Shown one piece after another: positions 1 to 10,636 of a stretch of DNA of 64,000 bases. A program made the position numbers and the translations under genes. This stretch comes from Candidatus Shapirobacteria bacterium (GTDB lineage: Bacteria; Patescibacteriota; Microgenomatia; UBA12405): the NCBI GenBank assembly GCA_041659325.1, contig JBAZYN010000002.1, forward strand, positions 270,082-334,081, read 5' to 3'. How positions within the stretch are numbered: position 1 is the stretch's first letter; every line of letters starts with the position of its first letter. The notes under the pieces are model-generated. The model was not told where the DNA came from and did not search any database. It saw nothing but the letters and a program-made list of their open reading frames with translations.

Positions 1-428
1 ATAAATGAAGGCTTGGCTCCATGCCATAAAATTTTTTGGAAATAATCAGTTTGGTTTTGGTAGTCATCTTTTGTTGTGGTAATCCATAGCCTGGCATTAG
101 AAGCATCTGGACCGTATGAAGTTACTTTATGGGAGATATTTCTGGCATAATCGCCTCCATTATCAACCATGCACCAGTTGTTTTTTATATTCAAATTTGG
201 GCAATACGTTTGCCGAAGTGTTGATAAACGGCTACAGTTTGAAGTTTCATTTGGATGATCAACCAGGCGGGATCCTCTGCCCAGACAGAACTCGATGTAC
301 ATCTGGTTATACTCTTCACAGGAAAAGGTAAATGTATCGGCCATGGTGGGCCGGATCAAAGGTATCAAAAGAAGTGCGGCGGAACTAACAAGAGCGATAA
401 GGGAAATGATCATTATTTTTCTTTTCAT
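1..428 (-). CDS. Secreted hypothetical protein, 5'-partial (runs off the window start)
   Basis: Reverse-strand ATG at ~428 opens an ORF with no stop before position 1. N-terminus MKRKIMIISLIALVSSAALLLIPL is signal-peptide-like. The + strand ORFs 116..331 and 255..473 are its shadows. Confidence 0.45.
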   Translation of the reverse strand, partial: MKRKIMIISLIALVSSAALLLIPLIRPTMADTFTFSCEEYNQMYIEFCLGRGSRLVDHPNETSNCSRLSTLRQTYCPNLNIKNNWCMVDNGGDYARNISHKVTSYGPDASNARLWITTTKDDYQNQTDYFQKILWHGAKPSF

Positions 429-684
429 ACCCCGTATTATAACTATTCTTTTATAATATACAAGATATCGTAAGCTATCACCATATTCTATTTTTACTGT
501 CACAGATCATGCCTATTTATACACCATAAGTTCATGTAATTGTTACCTGGGTGTATCGAAATATAAGGTATGAGCTGAAGTTTTCGGGAAAAAAGTGATT
601 CTATAGGAAGGCTTATAGAAAAACAGATAGGCGTGATTTAATTCGGTGGCGGTCAATCCAATAAATCTGGTGGTAACATGTCAA

Positions 685-1269
685 CTAGCTTTTTCTAATT
701 TGGATTTTCCCTTTTTGATACAAGAATTGTGATAAAGCGGCTACACTTCTACCTTCTCTCATTTGTCCGGACAAGCATATGACCGCCGCCTGGGCACTAC
801 TTACCCACATGGCTTTTATATCTTCTTCGGTTTCTAGTTGCTGTTTACCGAGGGCTTTAAATTTGGTGGCTACAAAATAATATAAATCCCAGCCGATAGT
901 CGGTCCTCCACTCCCAAAATTTGTAAACAATTCAATGTTTTCCACTTCCATTCCTACTTCCTCTCTTGCCTCTTTCATACAGGCTTGACCAATTAAACTA
1001 AGCACGTCCGGTCTGTCTTTAATTTCATCCCAATCCCTAATTTTGTCTCTAACTTTTCCTCCGGGTAATCTATAGTCAGTTTCACCTAACTCAGGCCGGT
1101 ACTCCTGGCTTAACAGTATCTGATCATTAATTTCATCGTATATTATTATTCTTGTTCCGGGTGATCTACTGGCTTTTTCAAAAATCCTTCCGTCTGCCGT
1201 GTTGGTTGCCTCTACTCTGATAATCTGTCCCTCGTAAGCAACATTTTTACTTGATATCTTTTTTGGCAC
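685..1269 (-). CDS. NUDIX hydrolase
   Basis: Nudix box GX5EX7REUXEEXGU is visible as GGKVRDK...ACMKEAREEVGMEV. Confidence 0.75.
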   Translation of the reverse strand: MPKKISSKNVAYEGQIIRVEATNTADGRIFEKASRSPGTRIIIYDEINDQILLSQEYRPELGETDYRLPGGKVRDKIRDWDEIKDRPDVLSLIGQACMKEAREEVGMEVENIELFTNFGSGGPTIGWDLYYFVATKFKALGKQQLETEEDIKAMWVSSAQAAVICLSGQMREGRSVAALSQFLYQKGKIQIRKS

Positions 1270-1297
1270 TCCATATTATAAAACATTCATATAGATA

Positions 1298-1780
1298 CTA
1301 AACCTCTTTCTCGTAATCAATTAAGTCATACTCAGGATCAGGCCCACCTTTTCTTCTTTTAATTTCTTTAAAACCTAGTGATTCATAATTCTTTCTTGCT
1401 GGGTTAAAGAAGGGGTGACAGCTGGTAGTAACAATGACCTTTTTTAACCCTCTATTTTTTAGAATTTTTAGTACTTTTGCCAATTGTTTTTTGCCATAAC
1501 CCCGGCCCCGGAATTCAGGTAATATACAATTATGGCCGATTTCACCAATATTTGGTTCATACGATGCAAACCCAATTACTTTATCGTCAACCCAAGTGAT
1601 CAAAACACATATACCAATAGTATTTGGATTGGTAAAAGCTTCTTGGTCGAATTTATCCCATTTGACTTTTTCACCACTCCATTTTTGCGGGTTACTTTCT
1701 ACCAATGACTGGTAACTTAAAAATATTATTTTTCCCAAATCGCCTTTGACTACCGAAGATATGGGTAAGAACCGGATCAT
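1298..1780 (-). CDS. GNAT family N-acetyltransferase
   Basis: Acetyl-CoA binding motif FRGRGYGKKQLAKVLKIL. Length 160 aa. Confidence 0.75.
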   Translation of the reverse strand: MIRFLPISSVVKGDLGKIIFLSYQSLVESNPQKWSGEKVKWDKFDQEAFTNPNTIGICVLITWVDDKVIGFASYEPNIGEIGHNCILPEFRGRGYGKKQLAKVLKILKNRGLKKVIVTTSCHPFFNPARKNYESLGFKEIKRRKGGPDPEYDLIDYEKEV

Positions 1781-1903
1781 AACAATATTATAGATTAATA
1801 GATTTTAAAATTATTCCCCCCCCAATAACCGTGTGTGACGGAATTGCGGACGGGTATCCCGATAGATAACGAAATCTTTTTGGTTCTTTGATAAAATCAA
1901 GCT

Positions 1904-2437
1904 GTGATAAGACCAATAATTTTAGCTAACTACCTTGTAAAAAAAGACGGCAAATATTTACTGGTCCAGGAGGCGACTGACAAGGTTTGGGGTAATATAA
2001 ATACCCACTCAAAGGGAAAATGGACCTTTCCGCACGGCGAGGTGGATAAAGGCGAGACCATTCGGGAGGCAGCGGAAAGAAAACTTGTTGAAGAAACCGG
2101 AGGTAGATCTAATTTCGTTCGATTGGGGGCGATTGCCCATGGTTTAATAAAAAATACCGTTTATTTTATAGGTTTTGTTTTTTATGGAGAAGGTTTTGAA
2201 GAGATTGGTTTGAGATGGGAACATGAAATTAAAGCAACGAAATGGTTTTCCAGAAAAGAAATAATCGATTTGGAAAAACAGGGTTTGGTTCGGGATAATG
2301 TGCCACTGTCTCGGATAATTGATGCGGTCGAAATGAATTCAGGGGTTGATTTTATTGAGTGGGAACAACCCGATTATGTTATCGACATTCTCAACTTATT
2401 GGAAAAGAGAAACGTCGAGAAGGAATCAAGAAGTTAA
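1904..2437 (+). CDS. NUDIX hydrolase
   Basis: Nudix box PHGEVDKGETIREAAERKLVEETGG. Confidence 0.7.
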   Translation: MIRPIILANYLVKKDGKYLLVQEATDKVWGNINTHSKGKWTFPHGEVDKGETIREAAERKLVEETGGRSNFVRLGAIAHGLIKNTVYFIGFVFYGEGFEEIGLRWEHEIKATKWFSRKEIIDLEKQGLVRDNVPLSRIIDAVEMNSGVDFIEWEQPDYVIDILNLLEKRNVEKESRS

Positions 2438-2588
2438 ATATCAATATCTCGTGAGCAATTTACCTGCTAGAAAGTCTGATAAAAAAGGAACCTCGTGATG
2501 TTAGTGGAACTGGTGATAGGCGATCGCTCTCCCAAAAAAGTATTGTCTTTATACTATTTTTCAAAAACTCCTATTTTCTCACCGGATG

Positions 2589-2996
2589 TTAAGGTTGCGG
2601 TGGTAGATCCGCTACTCTTAGTTTGGCCTCCAATTGGCTAAGAGATGGTATACCACCACCAAACGGGCCTTCTGGTAGTCCCTCATCACTATGGAGACTA
2701 TCGAGTAATTCACGGATATCACCATTAAAACGTATGGCTTTTATTTCTTCTTCTCCTTCTTTGCCGAACGGTATTTCGGTTAAAGCGTTTTCGTTTTGAA
2801 TAGCAAAGCGGAGCAGTTCTTTTTCTGCCGGTCTGTTTTTTGGGACCAGAAATGTCCTTTCCCCTTCTTCTTGTCCTTCCATTCCTGGTTTATACCCATA
2901 AACAAGGGTGTAATTGGGAGTTTGTTCTATAATAAGACCGTCACTAAAATCCTGGATTTTTTTAACAGATTCCACAGTTTTATTTTGTTCTGACAT
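2589..2996 (-). CDS. Hypothetical protein
   Basis: 135-aa ORF with no recognisable motif. Confidence 0.35.
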   Translation of the reverse strand: MSEQNKTVESVKKIQDFSDGLIIEQTPNYTLVYGYKPGMEGQEEGERTFLVPKNRPAEKELLRFAIQNENALTEIPFGKEGEEEIKAIRFNGDIRELLDSLHSDEGLPEGPFGGGIPSLSQLEAKLRVADLPPQP

Positions 2997-3310
2997 ATTT
3001 TTTTTATTAATAAATATATCCGTCTAACCGGGATGGCTAGCAAGGTGGTTTTAAAAGCAAATACTAGTTGGCTATTTCAAACCTTGTTTCAAGGATACCA
3101 TACTTTATTGTTTAGCCACTCGAAGTTTAGCCTCGCTCATCAATAAATAAGAGAATTGTTTTTTGCAAGTGCTTTTTTTAATTTCAATTTTAATTAGCTT
3201 TATTGTCTCTAGGTATTTTATTTGCTACTACGACAGTTCGTGGGTGGTGGTATTTGAAAGGTAAAAAATAAACAAGTTGTAAAAAATAAATTTTTGGTGA
3301 TAATGTTGAT

Positions 3311-4567
3311 ATGGGCGAAGCATCAGAAGGCGGCAGTGCCGGGGTTAAAAGTGGCATAAAATTATCCAGACGAAAATTTCTTGTTACAACTGGCTTAGCC
3401 GCCGTTGCGGCCGTAGCCCACAAGCCGATAGAAGCCAGCCGGACCCTTTTTGAGATAAATCAAGGTTATGTAACCGGCGAGACCAATACTGGGTCAATTA
3501 CCAGCGAAACTCCCAAGCATATACGGAAAGAGGATATCCCCCCAGAAAATGAATGGTTAAAAAACGCTGACAAGGTCTTATCCAGCGGGATTGCTATCTA
3601 CCAACATTGGCGGAAAGGTAACCCCGATTTACCCTCCCCTCACTATCAGAAACCGGAAAACTATTTAGATGTGCCATCAGTAGCAGTGAATCTCAAGAAG
3701 CAAATACCACATGCCCGGGGAGAACCCGGTAACCCAGATTTTTTTAGAAACTTGCTTATAGATTGTGGCGTCGAAAAATTTGACAAGCCTTATGCCAGAT
3801 TCATCGGTGGATCCGGGGCAAATATCACTAGTCTCCAGGAATTGATAAGTACAGACCCCGGTACGGGTGTTGTCAGAAACATCCGTTATTCAATGTCGGA
3901 AAAGTTTGGTAGCGAATTCGATGTTTTTAGATCTTGTGTCAGCAATTCTTTAACGGAAGAACAGCATAAGTTTATCGCAGATCAATTTCATGATTGGTAT
4001 TTTGGGGCAATGAACTATGTTGAAGATGCCCGAGCCAAAAGCAGTGAACCAATTTCAACTAGCGTTTTATTCGCCTTTTTCCTGCATCAAAATCAGGGAG
4101 ACATTTTATCCAGTGCCTGGGATACTTCGGTTTGGCTGAAAATACTCGCCAGAAACGACCCCGAGGATGGGTTAAAACGTGACCCGAATTATGATCGGGC
4201 CCACTTGGCTACCAGGATATTTAAAGATGAATTCTCTCCCCACCTATCTGCCAATTGGGTAGTTGATCATGTCGGCAGAGACGACGGTGGGCTAAATTTT
4301 GTAGGAGACCCATATAAGATGTCAGAATACAAAGACTTTATGCCGGCGAACCGGGCCGGTGGATTTTATCATGCCTGGAATATTATCGCCCTATCCATGT
4401 GCATGTCTCCATTTTTTATTAAAAGAGCTACTGCCACATACGATGTTCCCATAACGTGGGGTTCTGGGTTCGTGTTTTCAGAGTACGGCCGGGAAAAAAA
4501 CACTGCCGATTTATTGGTTGCCAAACGGGCTCATAAAATAAAGGGGATGCTAAGAAAATATAGTTAG
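3311..4567 (+). CDS. Secreted hypothetical protein with twin-arginine signal peptide
   Basis: N-terminal SRRKFLVTTGLAAVAAVAH matches a Tat motif (S-R-R-x-F-L) followed by a hydrophobic stretch. Length 418 aa. Confidence 0.55.
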   Translation: MGEASEGGSAGVKSGIKLSRRKFLVTTGLAAVAAVAHKPIEASRTLFEINQGYVTGETNTGSITSETPKHIRKEDIPPENEWLKNADKVLSSGIAIYQHWRKGNPDLPSPHYQKPENYLDVPSVAVNLKKQIPHARGEPGNPDFFRNLLIDCGVEKFDKPYARFIGGSGANITSLQELISTDPGTGVVRNIRYSMSEKFGSEFDVFRSCVSNSLTEEQHKFIADQFHDWYFGAMNYVEDARAKSSEPISTSVLFAFFLHQNQGDILSSAWDTSVWLKILARNDPEDGLKRDPNYDRAHLATRIFKDEFSPHLSANWVVDHVGRDDGGLNFVGDPYKMSEYKDFMPANRAGGFYHAWNIIALSMCMSPFFIKRATATYDVPITWGSGFVFSEYGREKNTADLLVAKRAHKIKGMLRKYS

Positions 4568-4856
4568 TTTATTGAACAACGCACGGGTCTTTGCTTTTGA
4601 AACGACCAATAGAAATTACCGCCTCAACACCGCTTCCGCAATCACTACCATCCCAACACGCTGCACCCCGGGCGTTTCAGCCAATGTTAACCCGACTAAA
4701 CTCTTGCCTGGGTGCATATGGAGGCGGTTGGCTTTTGTGCTACTCATATTTCTGAAGAATTCAAAAAATACAATGCAGATAGGTTTAAAATCTTCCTGCT
4801 AATCAGGAGTACAAAGTCTTGACTATTGTCGGGGAAGTATTTAGACTGATTGTAAT

Positions 4857-5252
4857 ATGACAGATTTAGCAAGAAATACCAGAACACTGATAGTATGTTT
4901 TTCGTTAGCCATTTTTGCCCTGATACCTTTGAGGTTTGTGGAAATAAGCCAGGAAGTTTCTGAGGACTATGGGGGAGCCAGTGTTTTGGGTGAAGCACAG
5001 ATGCTCGAAGAGCCAGAAGTGGCACTTCCTAGCGCAGATGAATATGTATCCGGAGAGTTGGAAGCGCCGTATGACGAAATGGACAACGGAGAAGTATCAG
5101 GAGTAACAGATGGGGCAGAGTGCATGCCAGAAGAGCATGTTAGTGAGGCGGTAGCCAGAGTGAATGAAGGTTTGTCCACCGGTTTGTATGCTGATTCTGA
5201 GCAGGCATATGCTGAGATACAGTGGCTAAACGATCAGCTTTGCCGCGAATAA
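4857..5252 (+). CDS. Hypothetical membrane-anchored acidic protein
   Basis: N-terminal transmembrane segment followed by a Glu/Asp-rich tail. Confidence 0.3.
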   Translation: MTDLARNTRTLIVCFSLAIFALIPLRFVEISQEVSEDYGGASVLGEAQMLEEPEVALPSADEYVSGELEAPYDEMDNGEVSGVTDGAECMPEEHVSEAVARVNEGLSTGLYADSEQAYAEIQWLNDQLCRE

Positions 5253-5262
5253 CAGATGGTTT

Positions 5263-6486
5263 TTATCTAATGGTAAGAGTATAAAGGTTTTCTTGGCCTC
5301 CTGAATAGCTTGGAGTTAGGATTACGATTTTACTGCCATCAGCCCAGGGAGTGGTTGATTCAGGATTAAAATTATTGTTAAAAAGGATGTGTTGATTGGT
5401 ATTGTCGTAATCAACAACTTTTATGGCGTTGTCCTGAACGTACATGAGGTTATCCGAGTTTGGAATCCAGGCGATGTTGGTGAGGGCATTGCTGTTTTCG
5501 ATCAGAAAGTTAGTATCTTCCTTCATGTCATAAACATACCAGTTGCCGGGGGTAATATCTCGGCTTTGTTTTTGGATGCTTTGAACCGGTGGTGGGGTAA
5601 TAATATTTTGGGGAAGTTGACGGTTGGTTTTGGCCAGATAGAGTAATTTGTCCTCGCTAGTGGAAAAAGAAATGTGTTTGGCGGATTCGGTGGAGACTAA
5701 TTCTTTTAATTCGAGGGGAATTTTGTCTAATTTGGGCTGATTAATCTGGGCTAGCTGTTTTTCCCAATCCAGATAGATTTGGTCAAGTTGGTAGGTAACA
5801 TCGACGAGCATTTTTGGGGAAAAGACAGAATCAATGGGGATTTGGTAGGTTGCCTTGCCGTTGGTGGCGAGAATGCTTCTGGAGTTGGGTGAAAAAGTGA
5901 ATTTGAAATCAGACCAATTGAGGTAGGCATAGTTTGGCGCGATTTGCCGTGGTTGGTTGCGACCTAAAGGGATGGGGTTGCTGATGGTGTCGAGAATGTA
6001 TAAACCATTATCTTTGGAGGCTGAAGCGGAGGCAACGGCATAAACGATTCTTGATCCGTCGTGGTTGATGGATGGGTTGATGGCGCCGGTAAAAGTCAGC
6101 GGTTTTATGTCTGAAACGGAGCGGAATAACTGAGCATCGGTTTGAACAACTAACTCTTTTTTGATCCGAACTTGCTTTTGCCAGGGAAGATAGCCGTCTT
6201 TTATGATTTTAACCAAGTAATCGCCGGGGGTAAGGTTGATTATGTCGTCGGTAGCAGTGAAGAGACGGTCATCGATGTAGACCGAGGCGCCCTTTGGTTT
6301 TGATGTGGCAGAAAGAAGGCCACTAGCGTTTATGACCGAACCATTTTTCATATCATTTATATTGAGGGTGTAGCCGCGGGCGACAAAAGAAATCATAACG
6401 GTGCCGGAGATGACGAAAAAAAGAACGGAAAGGATAGTGATTAGGCTTTTTTTAGTTGAGTGGTCAGACATATCTGTATTATACAA
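5263..6486 (-). CDS. PEGA-domain protein with TolB-like beta-propeller, membrane anchored
   Basis: N-terminal transmembrane segment. PEGA-like segment VYIDDRLFTATDDIINLTPGDYLVKIIKDGY. C-terminal repeats are TolB/WD-like. Confidence 0.5.
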   Translation of the reverse strand: MYNTDMSDHSTKKSLITILSVLFFVISGTVMISFVARGYTLNINDMKNGSVINASGLLSATSKPKGASVYIDDRLFTATDDIINLTPGDYLVKIIKDGYLPWQKQVRIKKELVVQTDAQLFRSVSDIKPLTFTGAINPSINHDGSRIVYAVASASASKDNGLYILDTISNPIPLGRNQPRQIAPNYAYLNWSDFKFTFSPNSRSILATNGKATYQIPIDSVFSPKMLVDVTYQLDQIYLDWEKQLAQINQPKLDKIPLELKELVSTESAKHISFSTSEDKLLYLAKTNRQLPQNIITPPPVQSIQKQSRDITPGNWYVYDMKEDTNFLIENSNALTNIAWIPNSDNLMYVQDNAIKVVDYDNTNQHILFNNNFNPESTTPWADGSKIVILTPSYSGGQENLYTLTIR

Positions 6487-6579
6487 GCAATAAGAATTGG
6501 TAAAATGGGGTGATGAAATTGTTTAACCCACCCACTAGTATGCTTCGACGGGCAAAGAAATCTGGGGGTAGTATTTAAT

Positions 6580-7581
6580 ATGAAACTTTTTAAAAAACTT
6601 GGAATTGATTTGGGAACAGCAAATAGCGTGGTGTGGGAGGCCGGGGTGGGGATTGTGTTGAATGAGCCGACCGTGGTGGCAGTAGGGGTAGAGGACAGGA
6701 AAGTTTTGGCAGTGGGCAACGAGGCCAAGAAAATGTTGGGAAAAACTCCGGAATACATTGAGATTATATGTCCGATGGAGGAAGGGGTTATCTCTGATTA
6801 TGAGGTGACCGAGGCGATGCTAAGGTATTTTATGAAGCAGGTAATGGGGGTGGGATGGTTTTTTGGGCCCGAGGTGATGATTTGTGTTCCGGCAGGGGTG
6901 ACTCAGGTAGAGCAGAGGGCGGTTTTGGATGCAACTTTGGCGGCCGGAGCAAAAAAAGCATACCTGATAGATGAACCTTTGGCGGCGGCAATCGGGGCAA
7001 AAATCCCGGTGTCTGAAGCTCATGGAAATATGATTATGGACGTGGGAGGCGGGGCGGCGGAGGCGGCGGTGATAGCTTTGGGGGGAGTGGTGACACATAG
7101 GGGGACTAGAACCGGGGGGAAGAAAATGGATATGGCGATTGCTGATTATTTGAGGAAGAAACATAATTTGATTATTGGAGATCAGACGGCGGAAAATATT
7201 AAGATAGTCCTGGGGAGTGCAATAAAGCTTAAGAAAACTGAGACGTTGGAGGTCAACGGGAGGGATTCAATCTATGGTCTACCAAAAAGTATGATGATTG
7301 ACTCAGATGAAATTCATGAGGCGATAAAACCAATACTGGATCTGATAGTTAAAGTTATACGGGATACTTTGGAGGTGACTCCTCCGGAATTGGTGGCAGA
7401 CATAATGGACACGGGAATAGTCTTGAGCGGCGGAACTTCACAACTTCGGAATTTCAATATCCTGGTAACCAGAGAGATAGGTGTCTCGGCGCATGTGGCT
7501 CCGGAGCCACAGTTTTGTGTGATAAAGGGGACCGGGATTGCAATTGAAAATTTGGAAATTTATCATAGAGCGATAAGGTGA
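6580..7581 (+). CDS. mreB: Rod shape-determining protein MreB
   Basis: Actin-fold motifs GIDLGTANS, ...VLSGGTSQL, and full-length similarity to MreB. Confidence 0.9.
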   Translation: MKLFKKLGIDLGTANSVVWEAGVGIVLNEPTVVAVGVEDRKVLAVGNEAKKMLGKTPEYIEIICPMEEGVISDYEVTEAMLRYFMKQVMGVGWFFGPEVMICVPAGVTQVEQRAVLDATLAAGAKKAYLIDEPLAAAIGAKIPVSEAHGNMIMDVGGGAAEAAVIALGGVVTHRGTRTGGKKMDMAIADYLRKKHNLIIGDQTAENIKIVLGSAIKLKKTETLEVNGRDSIYGLPKSMMIDSDEIHEAIKPILDLIVKVIRDTLEVTPPELVADIMDTGIVLSGGTSQLRNFNILVTREIGVSAHVAPEPQFCVIKGTGIAIENLEIYHRAIR

Positions 7582-7949
7582 TACATTTCAAATATTTGGC
7601 TTATATTGTAATTGGTAATTGGTAAACGGTAATTGGTAAACTAAGAAAGTGTTATCAATATAGCACGAAAAGTGAATGAAGGTCAGATATCTAGTAAATG
7701 TTGAGTTACTCCCAGTATATTTGACAGTTTCGTGAGTAATATTTTTACTCGTAATAGCGTAAATTGAATATATTTATAATTATTTCAGAAGGCCTGTAGT
7801 ATTGAAGGTTTTTGGAGGATGATATAGATAGCTAGAAGGACTTATAATTAATGGTTTCGGTGAGGATAAATGACATACTCGGTGTGTATAAACAACCTAT
7901 AAAAAAATAAAGAGGAAAATAAAGCCTGATTTTTGATAAAATCAGGGTA

Positions 7950-8807
7950 GTGAGAACTAAAAAAGGGAAGAGGGAAGATTTTAAAAAAGCCGTATCAGAC
8001 TGGGAAATATATGGGATACCGGTTTTTGGCGGAGGCGAGGTGGAAGTGCTAAAAAAAGCAGAACAATGGCTGTCGCGGGGTGAGAAGGGTAAGTGGATAG
8101 CGACGGTAAATCCGGAGTTTGTTATGAGGGCGATTGGGGATGATAATTTTATGGGATTGTTGGCTAAAACAGATATGAATGTGGTCGATGGAATTGGGCT
8201 GATTTGGGCAAAAAAGGTGAAAGCCATGCCTGCCGGCAGGCAAGTCTCAAAGTCAAAAAGTCTAAAAGTCTTAAAGAAGATATTTTACGGGGTGAAGGTT
8301 GGGGGGGAGATATTGAGGGGGAAATATAGAGATGAGCTGGCCGCGGGGGCGGATTTGATGATAAAGATGGCTTGTCTGAAAGTCCAAAAGTCTGAAAGTC
8401 TGAAAGTCTTTTTCTTGGGTGGGTGGGGGGATAGGGCGGAGAGGACGGCTAAACAATTATCAATTACGAATTACGAATTACGAATTGGTTGGTCCTCAGG
8501 AGGACCAAAAGTGAAGAATGAAGAAGTAATAAGACAAATTAATAAGTTTAAACCTGATCTTCTGTTTGTGGCTTATGGGATGCAGAAACAGGAAGAGTGG
8601 ATTTATAAAAATATAAAGGATCTGGATGTGGGGGTGGCAATGGGGGTGGGGAGAAGCTTTGACTATTACAGCGGGGACTTAAAACGGGCGCCCGGGTGGG
8701 TTAGAAGGATGGGGATGGAGTGGCTGTATTCTCTAATTGTTGAGCCCAAAAGGTGGAAGAGGCAGCTTGTTTTGCCTCAATTTGTTTGGAAAGTGATTAT
8801 CAATTAA
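7950..8807 (+). CDS. WecB/TagA/CpsF family glycosyltransferase
   Basis: VNPEFVMRAI...VVDGIGLIWA resembles the TagA family. Three in-frame microrepeat insertions are present (SKSKSLKVLKK, LKVQKSESLKVF, SITNYELRIG). Confidence 0.65.
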   Translation: MRTKKGKREDFKKAVSDWEIYGIPVFGGGEVEVLKKAEQWLSRGEKGKWIATVNPEFVMRAIGDDNFMGLLAKTDMNVVDGIGLIWAKKVKAMPAGRQVSKSKSLKVLKKIFYGVKVGGEILRGKYRDELAAGADLMIKMACLKVQKSESLKVFFLGGWGDRAERTAKQLSITNYELRIGWSSGGPKVKNEEVIRQINKFKPDLLFVAYGMQKQEEWIYKNIKDLDVGVAMGVGRSFDYYSGDLKRAPGWVRRMGMEWLYSLIVEPKRWKRQLVLPQFVWKVIIN

Positions 8808-9306
8808 TTTAATAAATGAGAGACAGAGAAGATCCGGTAAAAGCAACATTTAGATTGCAACGGGTTGTTTCGATAGATACGGGAAGGACTGTTTTTATGG
8901 TTATATATCGCGCCGATAAGGTTGGTGGAGGTGTTGGTATAAATAATCTCGTGAGTTTGAGGAAAGATTTGGTAGGAAAACAGGGGGTGACAAGTGAGAT
9001 TTTTGTCTTGCCCCCTGAAGTGCAAGTCAGAAAACAGGCACGTAAAGACGGTCGGTGGAGTGGTAGAGAGAAGGAAATAAATTAATTGTAAGCGGTTTGT
9101 TTTTGGTGTTATAATCGGGAAATATGATACAACAAGAAAGAAGAACACAAAAACCTGCTATCGGCGGAAGATTGGGTTTTTTGAGAAAGCCAGGAGATGA
9201 TAGGGGTGTATTGAGTCCGGATCCGGTCATTGAAGAGAAAAAGAAACCACAGTCTGGTGGTGGGAGTATACCGGGACAACCGGTGGTTTCTGATACACAG
9301 CCACCA

Positions 9307-10458
9307 CTAAATCCCTAGTAATTTTACTTCCGTTTCAAGTTTAAAATGGAATTTTTGTTTGCAGGTGGACTGGATTAGGCGGACAAGACTCAGATAGTCT
9401 TTGGCGGTGGCATGCCCGGTATTGACAATAAAATTAGCGTGGAGAGGAGAGGTTTGGGCGCCACCAATGGCGTGGCCTTTGAGCCCGAGCTCATGGTCGA
9501 TAATCCAACCGGCTGATTTTTGCTCGCCCCAGATCTTTTGGCAAATTGCCAGGGGAGGATTGGCAAAGGCGGAGCCGGCAGAATTCATGGGCTGAACTTT
9601 GACCTTTTGGCTAATCCAGGCTTGGACGACCTTTTTGGCCAAATTGGTATCGCCTTTAAAAAGACGGAGAGTAGCCGAAAGGATTATTAGGTGAGGATTT
9701 TGTTGGAAAAATGATTTTTCATACTGCCATTTTAGATTTGATTTTTTAAAGGTTTTTATTTTACCGGTTTTTAGGTTAAAAGTATTTACTGAGTGAATAT
9801 AGTCGGCGAAGTGATAAGAGCCGCCGTGAATGTTGTACCAGACAGCCCCGCCGATGGTCCCGGGGATATAGGCAAACCATTGGAGGCCGGTCAATCCATG
9901 TTCAATCAGATTGTTGATAGCAAGGGGGAGGGGGGTACCCGAGGAGAGACGAACCAGGCGGGAGGGGAGGTGGGATTCATCGTAGTTTACTTTTGAAAAA
10001 TCCAGATATTTTTCCGGTTCATTTTCCATTCTTTGAGTATAGGTAGGGGAAAAAGTAGCCGGAGCGCAAGATTTTAGAATTTTGATATCCTGAGAGGAAT
10101 TTTTGACAACCAGACCGCGGATGCCGGTGTCGGAAATTAAAACATTGGAGCCATTGCCGAGGATGGTTATATGGCTTGTCAATGAATTTTTGCAGTGCTC
10201 GCTACCTTCGGGCTCATCCGCTTCGGCGGATTCGCGTTCGCTGTGCGCTGAAAAACTATTGACTGCGCCAAATTGGTCCAAGTTATGATATACAAGTTTA
10301 AGTATTGATATAAAGTGTTCCTGGGTTTTGGAGTTGATAAAGATATCGGCGGGGCCGCCGATTTTGAGGGTGGTGTAGGGGGCGAGGGGGTGATTTTGAT
10401 AAATTTCTAAGTCGGGAAAGTGTTTTTTTAGATCAAAATAAATTTTGGAGTAATCCAT
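9307..10458 (-). CDS. murB: UDP-N-acetylenolpyruvoylglucosamine reductase MurB
   Basis: FAD-binding motifs YTTLKIGGPAD and LGNGSNVL. Carries an in-frame insertion derived from an intergenic repeat element (…SAHSERESAEADEPEG…). Confidence 0.8.
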   Translation of the reverse strand: MDYSKIYFDLKKHFPDLEIYQNHPLAPYTTLKIGGPADIFINSKTQEHFISILKLVYHNLDQFGAVNSFSAHSERESAEADEPEGSEHCKNSLTSHITILGNGSNVLISDTGIRGLVVKNSSQDIKILKSCAPATFSPTYTQRMENEPEKYLDFSKVNYDESHLPSRLVRLSSGTPLPLAINNLIEHGLTGLQWFAYIPGTIGGAVWYNIHGGSYHFADYIHSVNTFNLKTGKIKTFKKSNLKWQYEKSFFQQNPHLIILSATLRLFKGDTNLAKKVVQAWISQKVKVQPMNSAGSAFANPPLAICQKIWGEQKSAGWIIDHELGLKGHAIGGAQTSPLHANFIVNTGHATAKDYLSLVRLIQSTCKQKFHFKLETEVKLLGI

Positions 10459-10471
10459 TGGTGAATTATAC

Positions 10472-10504
10472 AGTTACGAATTACGAATTACGAATTACGA
10501 ATTT
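10472..10504. repeat. AATTACGA octamer tandem array
   Basis: cagttacgaattacgaattacgaattacgaattt. Similar arrays sit at ~8461, 19914, 38048, 58856 and 60304. Confidence 0.8.
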
Positions 10505-10636
10505 ATTTATTGGTAATATAGGTATATTCATATGTTTTATTGTATAGTAAAAGATATATATAATAATTGTGGAAAAGTGGATATTAATAGGGCTATCCTA
10601 TAAGAAAGAGTGGGAATTTTGCTGTTATACTGAAGA

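Noticed and set aside
116-473. Plus-strand ORFs 116..331 and 255..473
   Set aside because: They overlap a longer minus-strand ORF with a good signal peptide that runs off the window start, and are likely its shadows.
8816-9318. Small ORFs 8816..9085 and 9124..9318 between the tagA-like gene and murB
   Set aside because: Low-complexity translations with no motif support. Too uncertain to annotate as genes.
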